Source: Planctomycetota bacterium
GTDB taxonomy: Bacteria; Planctomycetota; UBA11346
Length of the DNA stretch: 64,000 nucleotides
Direction: 5' to 3'
NCBI GenBank assembly: GCA_038213805.1
Contig: JBBQSO010000012.1
Coordinates: 1-64,000 of the forward strand
In this document: positions 40,337 through 50,266 of the stretch, piece by piece
Layout of the letters: the number at the start of each line of letters is the position of its first letter
Position numbering within the stretch: position 1 is the first letter of the stretch
Notes under the pieces: model-generated
Told to the model about the DNA's origin: nothing
Database searches by the model: none
What the model saw: the letters and a program-made list of their open reading frames with translations, nothing else
Position numbers and translations under genes: made by a program

Positions 40337-42133
40337 TCAGCGCTTCGCCGACGCTGGTCGCTCGTACGCGCCGATGTCGGCGACCTTGCCCTGCGGGCGC
40401 GGCGTGCCGTCGGCGTCGTGCGACGGGAACTTCGCCGCGGGCAGGTCAGCGGCGTCGCGCGCGGGTGAGTCGTCCTGCAGGCGCCAGTCGCCCGCCGCCG
40501 GCGCGACGAAGCGCGGGTCGTCGGCGATGACTGCGCCGGCGTCGAGACCGAGCGCCTTCCAGGCGGCCAGGTCCTTGCGTCCGCCTGCGGTGAAGGTCAC
40601 GCCGGTGCGATAAAAATTGCGGTCGCAGGTGCTGGGCGCGTCGGCGAGATCGAACACAGCACCGGTGGCGATGAGGATGTTCGCATAGCACGCCGGGGCG
40701 TTGCCGGCCGCGGTCGTGGCGATGCAGGACTGCGCCGCGCCGGCGTCGGCGGCGGTGACGATGGTGCTGAAGCGCACTGTGCTGCCGGGGCTGCGGCACA
40801 GGATCGCGGTGTCCTTGTCCCAGCCGTGCGTGCGGGTGCCGGTGATGACCAGGTTCTGCAGCAGGTGCCCGGTTCCTGATACATCGATGGTCGCGTGCGG
40901 GCCGGTCATGCGCAGGCCGTCGATCTCGATGCCGCGCCCCTGCATCACCAGGCGCGCGTCCTCGATCAGGCCGCCACGCACCAGGATGCGCGCATCGGGG
41001 TGTTCGGAATTGTTGAGCGACCAGCCGCCGCCGCGTGACACCAGATGATCCATCAGCACCGGCCCGAGCTTCGGTCCGTGCATCTCCATGATGAAGGCGT
41101 GGGCGGTGCCGTACGGATTGTAGAGCGTGCTCCAGGTGTCCTCGGTGTGCTCGTAGGTGCAGTTCCAGTATTCCGAGGCGCCGGCGGGATAAGGCGAGTC
41201 GGGCCCGTTGAATGAGACCCACGCCGAGTTGCCGCCGTTGTCCTGCCCGGGGTGGGGCCAGGCCGCGTAGCAGTCGCGGTGCACGACGCGGTGCGAGTTG
41301 ATGCAGCCGAAGTGGTGCTTGCCGGCGCGGTAGACGGCGACGCGCTCGATGAGGACATCCTCGCTGCCCATGATGCGCACGCCGTAGCCGCCGTTGTCGT
41401 CCAGGCGTGCGCTGTCCTCGGCGACCAGGTCGCGGAACACCAGGTGGTGGTGCGGCGTGCCGTCCGCCGCCATCGAGCAGATGATGTCGTCCTCAACCAC
41501 CGCGCGCCAGGCGCCCTGGGACCGCGGCTGCTGGTAGGCGAAGGCCGGCAGACCTGAGAACGCCGTCGCGTCGGCGACGGGGTCGTAGAGCTTGATGCTG
41601 AGCACCCCGGCGTGCCACGTGAACGACCACGGTTTGGCCTCGGCCGCGAAGCGCTCCCAGGCGCCGGGCTCGTGGCGGAAGAGGAACACGCCGTCGACCA
41701 GCAGCGCGTAGACCGGTGCCGCGTGCGCGATGGTGTAGACGCGGCTGTTCCCCTGCTGGGCGAACTGCTGCGCGTCCAGCGCCTCACTGCCGGTGAAGCG
41801 CGGCTTGGGCGCGGACGGTTCGCCATACGCGGCGTAGGTGATGGGCTTGCCCTCTGCGCCGTCCCAGCGCGGGCGCAGGCGGGCGCGCCAGCAGCCGCCG
41901 CGCTTGAACAGCACGCGGTCGCCGGGGGCGAGGCGGGTGGACTCCACCTTGCCGAGGCTGGACCAGGCGGAACCCGGGGTGGTGCCGTCGGCGGCGTCGT
42001 GGCCTTGAGCCTGGTCGACGTGGAAGTCCTGAGCCGCTGCGGGCGTGCCGGCCATGGCGAGCGCCAGGGTGGCGAGGCAGCGCAGGAGGGATGTTCCGGA
42101 TGAGGCGGCAGACGCGGGGAGAAGCAGCATCAT
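40337..42133 (-). CDS. Secreted right-handed beta-helix (pectin-lyase-like) protein
   Basis: G.D..DGT...AW, PGDRVLFKRG, PITYAAYG; C-terminal DWRL..DSPA.D..D.DG.PR...DIGAYE; start approximate. Confidence 0.75.
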   Translation of the reverse strand: MMLLLPASAASSGTSLLRCLATLALAMAGTPAAAQDFHVDQAQGHDAADGTTPGSAWSSLGKVESTRLAPGDRVLFKRGGCWRARLRPRWDGAEGKPITYAAYGEPSAPKPRFTGSEALDAQQFAQQGNSRVYTIAHAAPVYALLVDGVFLFRHEPGAWERFAAEAKPWSFTWHAGVLSIKLYDPVADATAFSGLPAFAYQQPRSQGAWRAVVEDDIICSMAADGTPHHHLVFRDLVAEDSARLDDNGGYGVRIMGSEDVLIERVAVYRAGKHHFGCINSHRVVHRDCYAAWPHPGQDNGGNSAWVSFNGPDSPYPAGASEYWNCTYEHTEDTWSTLYNPYGTAHAFIMEMHGPKLGPVLMDHLVSRGGGWSLNNSEHPDARILVRGGLIEDARLVMQGRGIEIDGLRMTGPHATIDVSGTGHLLQNLVITGTRTHGWDKDTAILCRSPGSTVRFSTIVTAADAGAAQSCIATTAAGNAPACYANILIATGAVFDLADAPSTCDRNFYRTGVTFTAGGRKDLAAWKALGLDAGAVIADDPRFVAPAAGDWRLQDDSPARDAADLPAAKFPSHDADGTPRPQGKVADIGAYERPASAKR

Positions 42134-42338
42134 GGCTCCGCACGGGAGCCACGATAATGGGCGGATGCGCAGCGACGACCATGCGATTTCCCACATGCAT
42201 ACCGCGGCGTGTGCGCCGATGTGAGACGGAACGCCTCATTAAAAGACAGCGCGAACGCTGGCCGTTCAGCTCTGCCGGCGTTCCCAGTGCAGCCGTTGGG
42301 GCACGCTTGCCGCGGCCGACCTTGCCGGCACCCTGCCC

Positions 42339-43280
42339 ATGGTGACCCGCGAACCGATCTTCGAAGCGCGCGCCACCAGTCTGCCGGTGCTGCGTTACCT
42401 GGTCGCCGTCGCCGAGCACCGCCATTTTGGGCGCGCCGCCGAAGCGGCGCGCATCTCGCAGCCGACCCTGTCCGCGCTGATCGGGCAGTGGGAAAAGCGC
42501 ATGAAATGCCAGGTCTTCGAGCGCGAGGCGCATGGCGTGCGCATCACCCCGGCAGGTGAACGCGTGGTGCTGGCGGCGCGCCAGGCGCTTGACGCCATCC
42601 GCGCGATGGAGGCGGCCGCGAGCGAGGCCAAGCCGCCGTTCTTCGGCGCGGTGCGCTTCGGCGTCATCCCCACCGTCGGTCCCTACGCGCTGCCGTTCGT
42701 CACGAGCGCGCTTGAGAAGGCGTTCCCCGGCCTTGAGCTGCCGATCCGCGAGGGCACCACCGCGGACCTCATCGCTGCCCTCGATGCCGGGCGCATCGAT
42801 GTTGCGATGCTCGCGCTCACCTCCGGCATGACGGAGCGCTTCGCGGTCGATGCGCTCTACGACGAGCCCTTCCTGGTCGCCCTGCCGCGCGGCCACCGCC
42901 TGGCGGAGGGCAAAGCGGTGGCGACCGCTGATCTGGCGAATGAGCGGCTGCTGCTGCTCGACGAGGGCCACTGCCTGCGCGACCAGGCGCTGGCGCTGTG
43001 CGGTCACCGCGCCGGTCAGTCCGCTGGCGCCGACTACCGTGCGACCAGCCTTGAGACGCTGCGCCAGATCGTCGCGAGCGGCGCTGGGGTCACCATCCTG
43101 CCGGCCCTGGCCGTCGGCGACGACGACCGCCGCCTGGTGCTGCGCCCGTTCGCTGGCGAACCCGCCTTCCGCACCATCGTGCTGCTGTGGCGGCGGCATG
43201 ATTCGCGGGTGGCGGCTTATCCGCTGCTGGCGGGACCGATCCGGAAGCATCTGCCGCGGGGGCAGGTCACGGCGCGGTAG
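42339..43280 (+). CDS. oxyR: Peroxide-sensing LysR regulator OxyR
   Basis: HFGRAA..SQPTLS HTH, IPTVGPY, GHCLRDQALALC (both redox Cys), ATSLETLR. Confidence 0.9.
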   Translation: MVTREPIFEARATSLPVLRYLVAVAEHRHFGRAAEAARISQPTLSALIGQWEKRMKCQVFEREAHGVRITPAGERVVLAARQALDAIRAMEAAASEAKPPFFGAVRFGVIPTVGPYALPFVTSALEKAFPGLELPIREGTTADLIAALDAGRIDVAMLALTSGMTERFAVDALYDEPFLVALPRGHRLAEGKAVATADLANERLLLLDEGHCLRDQALALCGHRAGQSAGADYRATSLETLRQIVASGAGVTILPALAVGDDDRRLVLRPFAGEPAFRTIVLLWRRHDSRVAAYPLLAGPIRKHLPRGQVTAR

Positions 43281-43344
43281 GCGCGGGGCGCGAGACTCCA
43301 TCCACCCATTGCCCTCCCCCGGCCCGTCCCCACCATCAGGACCA

Positions 43345-44796
43345 ATGGACCTCCTCGATCGCCGCATACGTGCATTGGGCCGGCGGCGCCGCGCGATCCG
43401 TGCGGTGCGGGCGTGGTTTCCCGCGCTGGCGCTCGGGTTGGGAGTGGCGGCGACCGCGGTGATGGTGGTACGGGTGGCGGTGCCGGCGGGCGGCGGCTGG
43501 GTACTGCCGCTGGCGGTCGGTGGGCTGGTGGCGCCGCTGGTGGTGGTGCCGCGCGCGCTGCGCCGGCGCGATGCCCGCGCCCAGCTCGCAGGGGAACTGG
43601 ATCTGCGCGCCGGCACGCATGGGCTGCTCATGGCCCTGGCCGAGCAGCCCAGCGGCGCCCGCGCGCCCGACTGGTCGCAGCGTTTGGAGGGATCGTTGCG
43701 CACCAGCGTGCTGCCCGCCCTGCCGTGGCGCCTCGGCCAGGCGCCGCTGATCGCGGCGGCGCTGCTCGCCGCCGCCTGCTGCCTGCCGCAGACGGTCGTG
43801 CCGGTGGGCTTGCCGCCGGCGGTGCAGACCTGGTTCCACGCCGCGGCCGAGCGCCTCGGCGATCTCGATCAGGCCGGCCTGATCCCGCCCGCCGCCGTGC
43901 CGGAACTCCAGCAGCGTCTCGCCGAACTCGCCGCCCACGCCCACGAGCACGGCATGGACCAGCCGACCTGGGAGGGCCTCGACCGCGTACGTGCCGACCT
44001 TGATCAGGCGACCGCGGTGTCGGCGCAGCGACTTGCCCAGGCGATGGCGGTGGCGGAACTGCAGGCGCGCCCGTCCGCCGCTGGCGCGCCCGGCGGCGCC
44101 GATGCCACCCACCTCGCGCAGGCGCTCGCCCAACTTGCCGCCCAGGCTCCGGGGCTGGTGCCGAAACTTGCGCCCGGCGCCGGCGCCGAGGAACTCCAGG
44201 CCGCGCTCGCCGACGCGCTCAAGGCTGGCGCGCTCAGTCCCGAGCAGGCTGCGGCGCTGCGCCAGCTCGGGCTGGCCGGCGCTCCGGGGAAAACCGTGGC
44301 CCTGGATGGCGCCGCTGCGCAGCGACTGGCCGCGCGCATCGCCAAGGAACTGGCCAAGGGGCGCAGCAAGCTCGGCGGGGCCGGCGAGGACCTCGACCAG
44401 GAGCTCGACCGCCTGCAGTCTGAAGGCCGCAGCGAGAACGGTGGCGTGGACAAGGGACCCGGCCACCCGCCGCTGACCTGGGACGATCCCCGCCGCACCG
44501 CCGGCGGCGGCGTGCAGAGCCTGCCCGCCGGCATGCAGGTCAATCCCGACGGCTCGGTGACGGTCGCCGAGCAGGTGCGCGACGCCGAGGTCGATGCCCA
44601 GGCCCTGCAGGCGGCGGCACGCGCCGCCGCGCACGCCTTCGATCCGACCGCCGCCGAAGCACGGCGCGCCGGCGTCTCGGCGCGCCACCGCGCTGCCGTC
44701 GCCGACTATTTCAAGGCATCCGCGCTGCCTGCGCCTGCTGCGCCGACCGCGCGCCCGTCTCCCCCATCCACCCCACCGGCCCCAGCCATCCCATGA
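43345..44796 (+). CDS. Membrane-anchored helical hypothetical protein
   Basis: N-terminal TMs, Ala/Gln-rich helices, C-terminal RHRAAVADYF motif. Confidence 0.7.
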   Translation: MDLLDRRIRALGRRRRAIRAVRAWFPALALGLGVAATAVMVVRVAVPAGGGWVLPLAVGGLVAPLVVVPRALRRRDARAQLAGELDLRAGTHGLLMALAEQPSGARAPDWSQRLEGSLRTSVLPALPWRLGQAPLIAAALLAAACCLPQTVVPVGLPPAVQTWFHAAAERLGDLDQAGLIPPAAVPELQQRLAELAAHAHEHGMDQPTWEGLDRVRADLDQATAVSAQRLAQAMAVAELQARPSAAGAPGGADATHLAQALAQLAAQAPGLVPKLAPGAGAEELQAALADALKAGALSPEQAAALRQLGLAGAPGKTVALDGAAAQRLAARIAKELAKGRSKLGGAGEDLDQELDRLQSEGRSENGGVDKGPGHPPLTWDDPRRTAGGGVQSLPAGMQVNPDGSVTVAEQVRDAEVDAQALQAAARAAAHAFDPTAAEARRAGVSARHRAAVADYFKASALPAPAAPTARPSPPSTPPAPAIP

Positions 44797-45911
44797 CCAA
44801 GATCGCCATCCTCTCCGTATCCGCCGGCGCCGGCCACCTGCGCGCCGCCGAAGCGCTCAAGACCGCGATCGAGGCGCGCCTGCCCGGCGCCACCGCCACC
44901 CACCTCGATGTCATGGAGTTGGTGCCCAAGCTGTTCCGCAAGATCTACGCGGACAGTTACCTCAAGGTCGTGGACCGCCACCCGGCGCTGTGGGGTTACC
45001 TCTACCACACCGCCGACCGCGCCAAGCCCGACGGCACGCTGACGCGCCTGCGCCAGGCGGTGGAGCGGCTCAATACCCGCGCCTTCGCCAGCCGGCTCGC
45101 GGAACTCGCGCCCGACTACGTGATCTGCACGCACTTCCTGCCCGCGCAGCTGCTCTCACGCATGATCGGCAAGGGCACCTTCACCAAGCCGGTGTGGGTG
45201 GTGGTCACCGATTTCGACATCCACACCCTGTGGGTGCACCCGCACCTCACCGGGTATTGCGCCGCCGCCGAGGAGATCTCGTGGCGCATGCGCGACCGCG
45301 GTCTGCGCGATTCGCGCATCGCCGTCACCGGCATCCCGATCATGCCGGCGTTCAGCACCTCGCCCGACCGCGCCACCTGCGCCGCCGAGCTCGGCATCGA
45401 TCCGCGCCGCACCACCCTGCTGATGATGTCGGGTGGTTTCGGCGTCGGCGCCATCGACCAGCTCGCGGAGCGCCTGCTCGGCATTCCCGGAGATTTCCAA
45501 ATCGTCGCGCTGGCCGGGCGCAACGCCGAGCTGCTTGAAAAACTGCGCGCGGTCGGCGCGCGCTTCCCGGGCCGCCTGCACGCGCAAGGCTTCACCCGCA
45601 CCATCGAGCGCGTCATGGCCTGCGCCGACCTGGCGATCACCAAGCCCGGTGGCCTGACCAGTTCCGAATGCCTGGCGGTCGGACTGCCCATGGTGGTGGT
45701 CTCGCCCATTCCCGGGCAGGAGGAGCGCAACAGCGATTACCTGCTCGAGAACGGCGCCGCGCTCAAGGCGCACGACGCCGCCGGCCTGGAATACCGCGTG
45801 CGCATGCTGCTCGCGGATCCCAAGCGTCTGGCCGCGATGCGCGCCAACGCCAAACGCATTGGCACCCCCCAGGCCGCCAACAGCGTGCTCGACGCCGTGC
45901 TGGGCGCATGA
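44793..45911 (+). CDS. UgtP/MGDG-synthase-like glycosyltransferase
   Basis: GAGH, CTHFLP, VVTDF, TGIPI, TKPGGLT, PGQEERN. Confidence 0.9.
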   Translation: MTKIAILSVSAGAGHLRAAEALKTAIEARLPGATATHLDVMELVPKLFRKIYADSYLKVVDRHPALWGYLYHTADRAKPDGTLTRLRQAVERLNTRAFASRLAELAPDYVICTHFLPAQLLSRMIGKGTFTKPVWVVVTDFDIHTLWVHPHLTGYCAAAEEISWRMRDRGLRDSRIAVTGIPIMPAFSTSPDRATCAAELGIDPRRTTLLMMSGGFGVGAIDQLAERLLGIPGDFQIVALAGRNAELLEKLRAVGARFPGRLHAQGFTRTIERVMACADLAITKPGGLTSSECLAVGLPMVVVSPIPGQEERNSDYLLENGAALKAHDAAGLEYRVRMLLADPKRLAAMRANAKRIGTPQAANSVLDAVLGA

Positions 45912-46450
45912 CGGCTCACACCGCCGCGGCCCCGCTGAAAGCGCCCGTGCACGCCGCCCTGCTGATCGCCGCGGTCACCGTCGTCGCCTACCTGTTCGCC
46001 AACGTCGAGATCCAGATCGAGGGCGCCGCGGGCTGGGCCGCGGGGCTGCCGGTGTCCTTCCGCATCGACCACCATTGGGCGCTCGACTGGTTCTGGGGCG
46101 GCCGCCCGATGACCGGCTACCACGCCTGGGTGTTCAGCTTCATGGCGCTGGTCTTCCACCTGCCGTTCGCGCTGTTCGGCCGCTGGTCGCTGCGCCTTGA
46201 GGCGCGCGTGCTCGGCAGCGTCATGCTGTTCTGGATCATCGAAGACGCGCTGTGGTTCGTGTGCAATCCCGCCTTCGGCTGGTCAGCGCTGCGCCCTGGG
46301 GCGCCCGGCGAGCCGGGCTGCGCGTGGTGGCACATCCACTGGTTCCTGGGCGTGCCCACGGATTATTGGACGTTCACCGTGGTGGGTGGGCTGGTGTTGT
46401 GGTGGTCGTTCCGGGCGCCGAAGGTGGATGACGCGACGCTGGGCGCGTAA
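45908..46450 (+). CDS. Trp-rich membrane protein
   Basis: ATGA overlap; EIQIEG..GWA, TGYH, EDALWF..NP. Confidence 0.8.
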   Translation: MTAHTAAAPLKAPVHAALLIAAVTVVAYLFANVEIQIEGAAGWAAGLPVSFRIDHHWALDWFWGGRPMTGYHAWVFSFMALVFHLPFALFGRWSLRLEARVLGSVMLFWIIEDALWFVCNPAFGWSALRPGAPGEPGCAWWHIHWFLGVPTDYWTFTVVGGLVLWWSFRAPKVDDATLGA

Positions 46451-46532
46451 GACGAGACCATCGCACGCCGACCGCGCGCTGGAATTGAAGAGACGAGGTT
46501 CGCGTGGTGAGCTGCGAGGAAGGCATGTCGTT

Positions 46533-46583
46533 CTCGTAGCTCGTAGCTCGTAGCTCGTAGCTCGTAGCTCGTAGCTCGTAGCT
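46533..46583. repeat. Perfect heptamer tandem repeat (CTCGTAG)x7
   Basis: Seven perfect copies; short complementary GAGCTGCGAG at 46509-46518. Confidence 0.95.
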
Positions 46584-46735
46584 GGCGCGTAGCGAGAGAC
46601 AGAACGCGTGATGCTGCCTGCATCCAGGACTTCCGGTTCGGGGTTTCCGCGCGCGGCCGTCTCATCATGCTCAGCGGCATGCCCCTCCCGATCTCGCCTG
46701 ACAGCAGACCCGCCCTCCGCATCGCGCCGCATCGG

Positions 46736-49700
46736 ATGCTGCGCGTCCTGGCCTTTCTGGCCTTGGCCGCCTATGCGCGCACCGCCGAGCCGGCCTGGGC
46801 GCCGGAGGAGTTCGAGGCCATCTCCGGTCCGGCCTCACCGCGCGTGGCGGTGGCGGTGCGATCCGAGGGTGGTCAGTTGCGCGTGGCGGTGGAGGTGGCG
46901 AGCTTCGCTGCCGACGGATCCGGAGTCCGCATCCAGCTCGGCCTCGCCGCGGACGCCACCGTCATCCTCGACGAGCGTGCGGCCCAGGTGGTGCGTGGCG
47001 CGAGTCTGACGACCTGCACCTTCGCCACGCCGCTCGCGCCGCTCGGCGATCTGCGTCGGCTGCGCCTCGGCCTGGCGATAGCGTGGGAGGGCGGACCCGC
47101 TGGCGCTGACCGCCAGCGCGAGCGCCTGCGCCACCGCTCCGGCGCTGCCCATGCCGGCCTCGCCGCCGATCCGCGCGAGTGGCTGCCCTTCGATCTCACG
47201 GAGTACGCGCTCGCCGTCGCCGACCGCCGCAACCGCCTCGAGATCACCTTCACCCAGCCAGAGGGCGGCAAGGCGACGGTAGTGATCGAGGATGCCGTCA
47301 GCGGCCGGCGACTGCGCAATCTGGTCGGCGGGCAGCCATTCGCGGCCGGCGCGCAGCGCCTGGCCTGGGACGGGCTCGACGACCATGGCGCGGTGGTGCC
47401 GCCCGGCACCTACCGCTGGCGCTCTCTGCACCACCCGGGGATCGTGCCGGAGTACGCGATGAGCTTCGCCAACGGCGACGACACGCTCGCGCAGCTCTCC
47501 GGCTGGGGACCCAACCACACCGTCCTCAACGCGGCGACCGCGAGCGGCGCGTGGACAGTGGTGTCCGCGCCGATGACCGAGGGCGGTGACGCCATCCTCG
47601 TGCTCGACGCGCAGGGCCACAAGGTGCGCGGCATGAACGTGCCGCTCGGCATGGGCATCGCCCGCACCGCTTCGGCGATCTCCGGCGACACGCTGTACGT
47701 CGCCAATGACGGTCCGGCCTTCCTCGACCACATCGACGAGCGCGATGCGCACGCGGTGGCGCACCTCAAGATCACCCTGGCGCGCTTCGACCTGGCGCAG
47801 GGCCGGCTGCTGGAATGGAAGCCGGGTGGCAGCTTCATCGCAGTCGCCGAGGCGGAGACCCACCCGGCGGAAGACTCCGCGTGGCGCTCAGCGGGTCTGG
47901 TTGGTCTGGCCGCGCTCGGCGACCGCCTCTACCTCGCTGACCGGCGCGGCGGCCGTTTGCTGGTCCTGGATGCGGCGACCGGGGCGCAGAGCGGCGTATT
48001 CGCGCTGCCCGCGCTGGCCGGGCTCACGTCCGCCCAGGGCCGGCTGTACGCGCTGGCCGCGGGCGCGGTGGTTACCATCGATGTGCAGAGCGGCGTCACC
48101 ACCACCGTGGTGCCGGCGGCGCCGTCGCGCGATCCGGTGGCGCTCGCCGTCGATGCCGGCGGGCGCATCTACGTCAGCGACGCCGCCAGCCACACCGTGC
48201 TGATGTTCGACGCCCGCGGGCAGCCGCTGGGCGCGCTCGGCCGCCCAGGCGGGCCCTACACCGGCGCCTTCGACCGCGAGCGCATGGTCAACCCGCGCGG
48301 GCTCGCGGTGGCCGCCACCGGTTGGCTGTGGGTGACGGAGGAGCGCGCCGCGCCCAAGCGCATCGTCGCCTGGGACACCGCCACGCGCCGGGTGGTGTGC
48401 GAGAAGTTCGGCTCGCCGCCCTACGGCGGCACCGGCGCGGGCGTCGACCCCGTCGATCCCACGCGCTGGATCGGCCTTGGCGCGCAGTGGCGGATCGACC
48501 TCGCCACCCGTACCGCGCAGCCCATCGCCATCGTCGGGCCGGACCACCACGAATTCCATTACTCCTACGTACGCGATCACGGCGTCACCTATCTGATCGG
48601 CTACGGCCAGGCGACCACCATCGCGCGCGTGAACGGCGACGGCTCGGCGACGCCGGTGGCGCTGATCGCCTCGGCGCACCGCTTCAGCTTCGCCTGCGAC
48701 TGGCAACCGCCGGCGGCCTTCGTCACCGCCTTCGCCGCCGCCTATCCGGGACGCGCCGGCAAGCACGCCGACAAGGGCCCGGGTTTCGTGTGGAGCGACG
48801 CCAACGGCGACGGCGTGATGCAGCCCGGCGAGTTCGACTTCGCGACCAGCGCCGAGAGCTTCGCCGGCGCCTACTTCGGCCACGACCAGCATGACCTCAC
48901 CCTGCGCGTGCCGGTCACCGTCGGCGGGCGCCGCGTGGTGGTCGCGCTCGCCCCCAGCGGCTTCACCGCCGGCGACGCGCCGCGCTACCCGTCCCTGGCC
49001 GCGGCCTGCAGTGCGGGCGTGCCGATCGACCTCCCGGGCAACGAGGTTGAGACCACCGTCGACCGCTTCGGCGATCTGATCTGCAACGCCGAACCGGAGC
49101 TCAAGGCTTTCGCGCCCGATGGCCGGCTGCTGTGGACCCATCCCAACCGCTGGGTTGGCGTGCACGGCTCGCACGACGCGCCGTTGCCCGAGACCGGCGT
49201 GATGCAGGGGGCGCTTGGCTTCATGGGCACCGCGCCGCTGGATGCGACCAGCGACGTGTTCGTGATGAACGGCAACCACGGGCGCTACTTCATGCTCACC
49301 AGCGACGGGCTCTATGTCGACGAGTTCTTCAAGGACGTGCGCATGGGCGCGCACCTCGACACCACGCTGGTCGGGGGCGAGGCCTTTGGCGGCTGCTTTG
49401 CGCGGGGTGAGCGCGATGGGGTCTATTACCTGCAGGTGGGCGGCTACCGCGTCTACCGCATGCGCGGTCTCGACCGCCTGCAGCGCGGCCAGGGTGCCAT
49501 CACCGTCAGCCCGGCGCAGGCGATCGCCGCCGAACGCGCCATGGCCGCGCACGGCGCGATCGCCGCCAAGCCGCACGCGGCCATCATTCCGCTTGTCGCC
49601 CAGGCCCCAGCCCTGCCGGGCGAGGACCACGAGTGGCCCGCGCCGGCCGCGGCCTGGGACCGTTCCGGGCGTTTCCCGGTGCGCGTGCGCGCCGCGCACG

Positions 49701-50266
49701 ACGGGCGCATGCTGTATCTGCGCTGGGAGGTCGCCGACGATAGCCCCTGGGTCAATCGTGGCGGCGATTGGACGCTGCTGTTCAAGAGCGGCGATTCCGT
49801 CGACCTGCAGCTCGGCACCGATGCCGCCGCCAATCCCGCGCGCAGCGGGCCGGTGCCGGGCGACCTGCGCCTGCTCATTGCGCCCTTCCAGGGCAAGGAC
49901 ATCGCCGTGCTCTACCGCCACCGCCTGCCCGGCGCGACTGAACCGGTGACCTTCACCAGTCCGTGGCGTGCCGAGCGCGTGGACGAGGTGCGCCGGCTCG
50001 ACAGCGCGCGCATCGCCGTCACCGTCCAGGGCGGTGGCTACCGGGTGTCCGTTGCGATCCCGCTCGCCGATCTCGGCCTCGATGCGGTTGCCGGGCGCAC
50101 CGTCAAAGCCGACTTCGGGGTGATCTACGGCGATCCGGAAGGGCGCATCGACATGCTGCGCTCGTACTGGGCGAATCCATCCACCGGCCTCGTCAACGAT
50201 GTGCCGGGCGAAATCATGCTGACGCCTGCCGCATGGGGTACGGCGACTTTCGCGAGTGCACCATGA
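46736..50266 (+). CDS. Large secreted protein: FlgD-like Ig, NHL-like beta-propeller, CBM9-like C-terminus
   Basis: RRLRNL..WDGLDD.G..VPPGTYRW; LAVD..GRIYVSD; WSDANGDG; YLRWEV.D..GDSVDLQL..IPLADLG. Confidence 0.75.
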   Translation: MLRVLAFLALAAYARTAEPAWAPEEFEAISGPASPRVAVAVRSEGGQLRVAVEVASFAADGSGVRIQLGLAADATVILDERAAQVVRGASLTTCTFATPLAPLGDLRRLRLGLAIAWEGGPAGADRQRERLRHRSGAAHAGLAADPREWLPFDLTEYALAVADRRNRLEITFTQPEGGKATVVIEDAVSGRRLRNLVGGQPFAAGAQRLAWDGLDDHGAVVPPGTYRWRSLHHPGIVPEYAMSFANGDDTLAQLSGWGPNHTVLNAATASGAWTVVSAPMTEGGDAILVLDAQGHKVRGMNVPLGMGIARTASAISGDTLYVANDGPAFLDHIDERDAHAVAHLKITLARFDLAQGRLLEWKPGGSFIAVAEAETHPAEDSAWRSAGLVGLAALGDRLYLADRRGGRLLVLDAATGAQSGVFALPALAGLTSAQGRLYALAAGAVVTIDVQSGVTTTVVPAAPSRDPVALAVDAGGRIYVSDAASHTVLMFDARGQPLGALGRPGGPYTGAFDRERMVNPRGLAVAATGWLWVTEERAAPKRIVAWDTATRRVVCEKFGSPPYGGTGAGVDPVDPTRWIGLGAQWRIDLATRTAQPIAIVGPDHHEFHYSYVRDHGVTYLIGYGQATTIARVNGDGSATPVALIASAHRFSFACDWQPPAAFVTAFAAAYPGRAGKHADKGPGFVWSDANGDGVMQPGEFDFATSAESFAGAYFGHDQHDLTLRVPVTVGGRRVVVALAPSGFTAGDAPRYPSLAAACSAGVPIDLPGNEVETTVDRFGDLICNAEPELKAFAPDGRLLWTHPNRWVGVHGSHDAPLPETGVMQGALGFMGTAPLDATSDVFVMNGNHGRYFMLTSDGLYVDEFFKDVRMGAHLDTTLVGGEAFGGCFARGERDGVYYLQVGGYRVYRMRGLDRLQRGQGAITVSPAQAIAAERAMAAHGAIAAKPHAAIIPLVAQAPALPGEDHEWPAPAAAWDRSGRFPVRVRAAHDGRMLYLRWEVADDSPWVNRGGDWTLLFKSGDSVDLQLGTDAAANPARSGPVPGDLRLLIAPFQGKDIAVLYRHRLPGATEPVTFTSPWRAERVDEVRRLDSARIAVTVQGGGYRVSVAIPLADLGLDAVAGRTVKADFGVIYGDPEGRIDMLRSYWANPSTGLVNDVPGEIMLTPAAWGTATFASAP

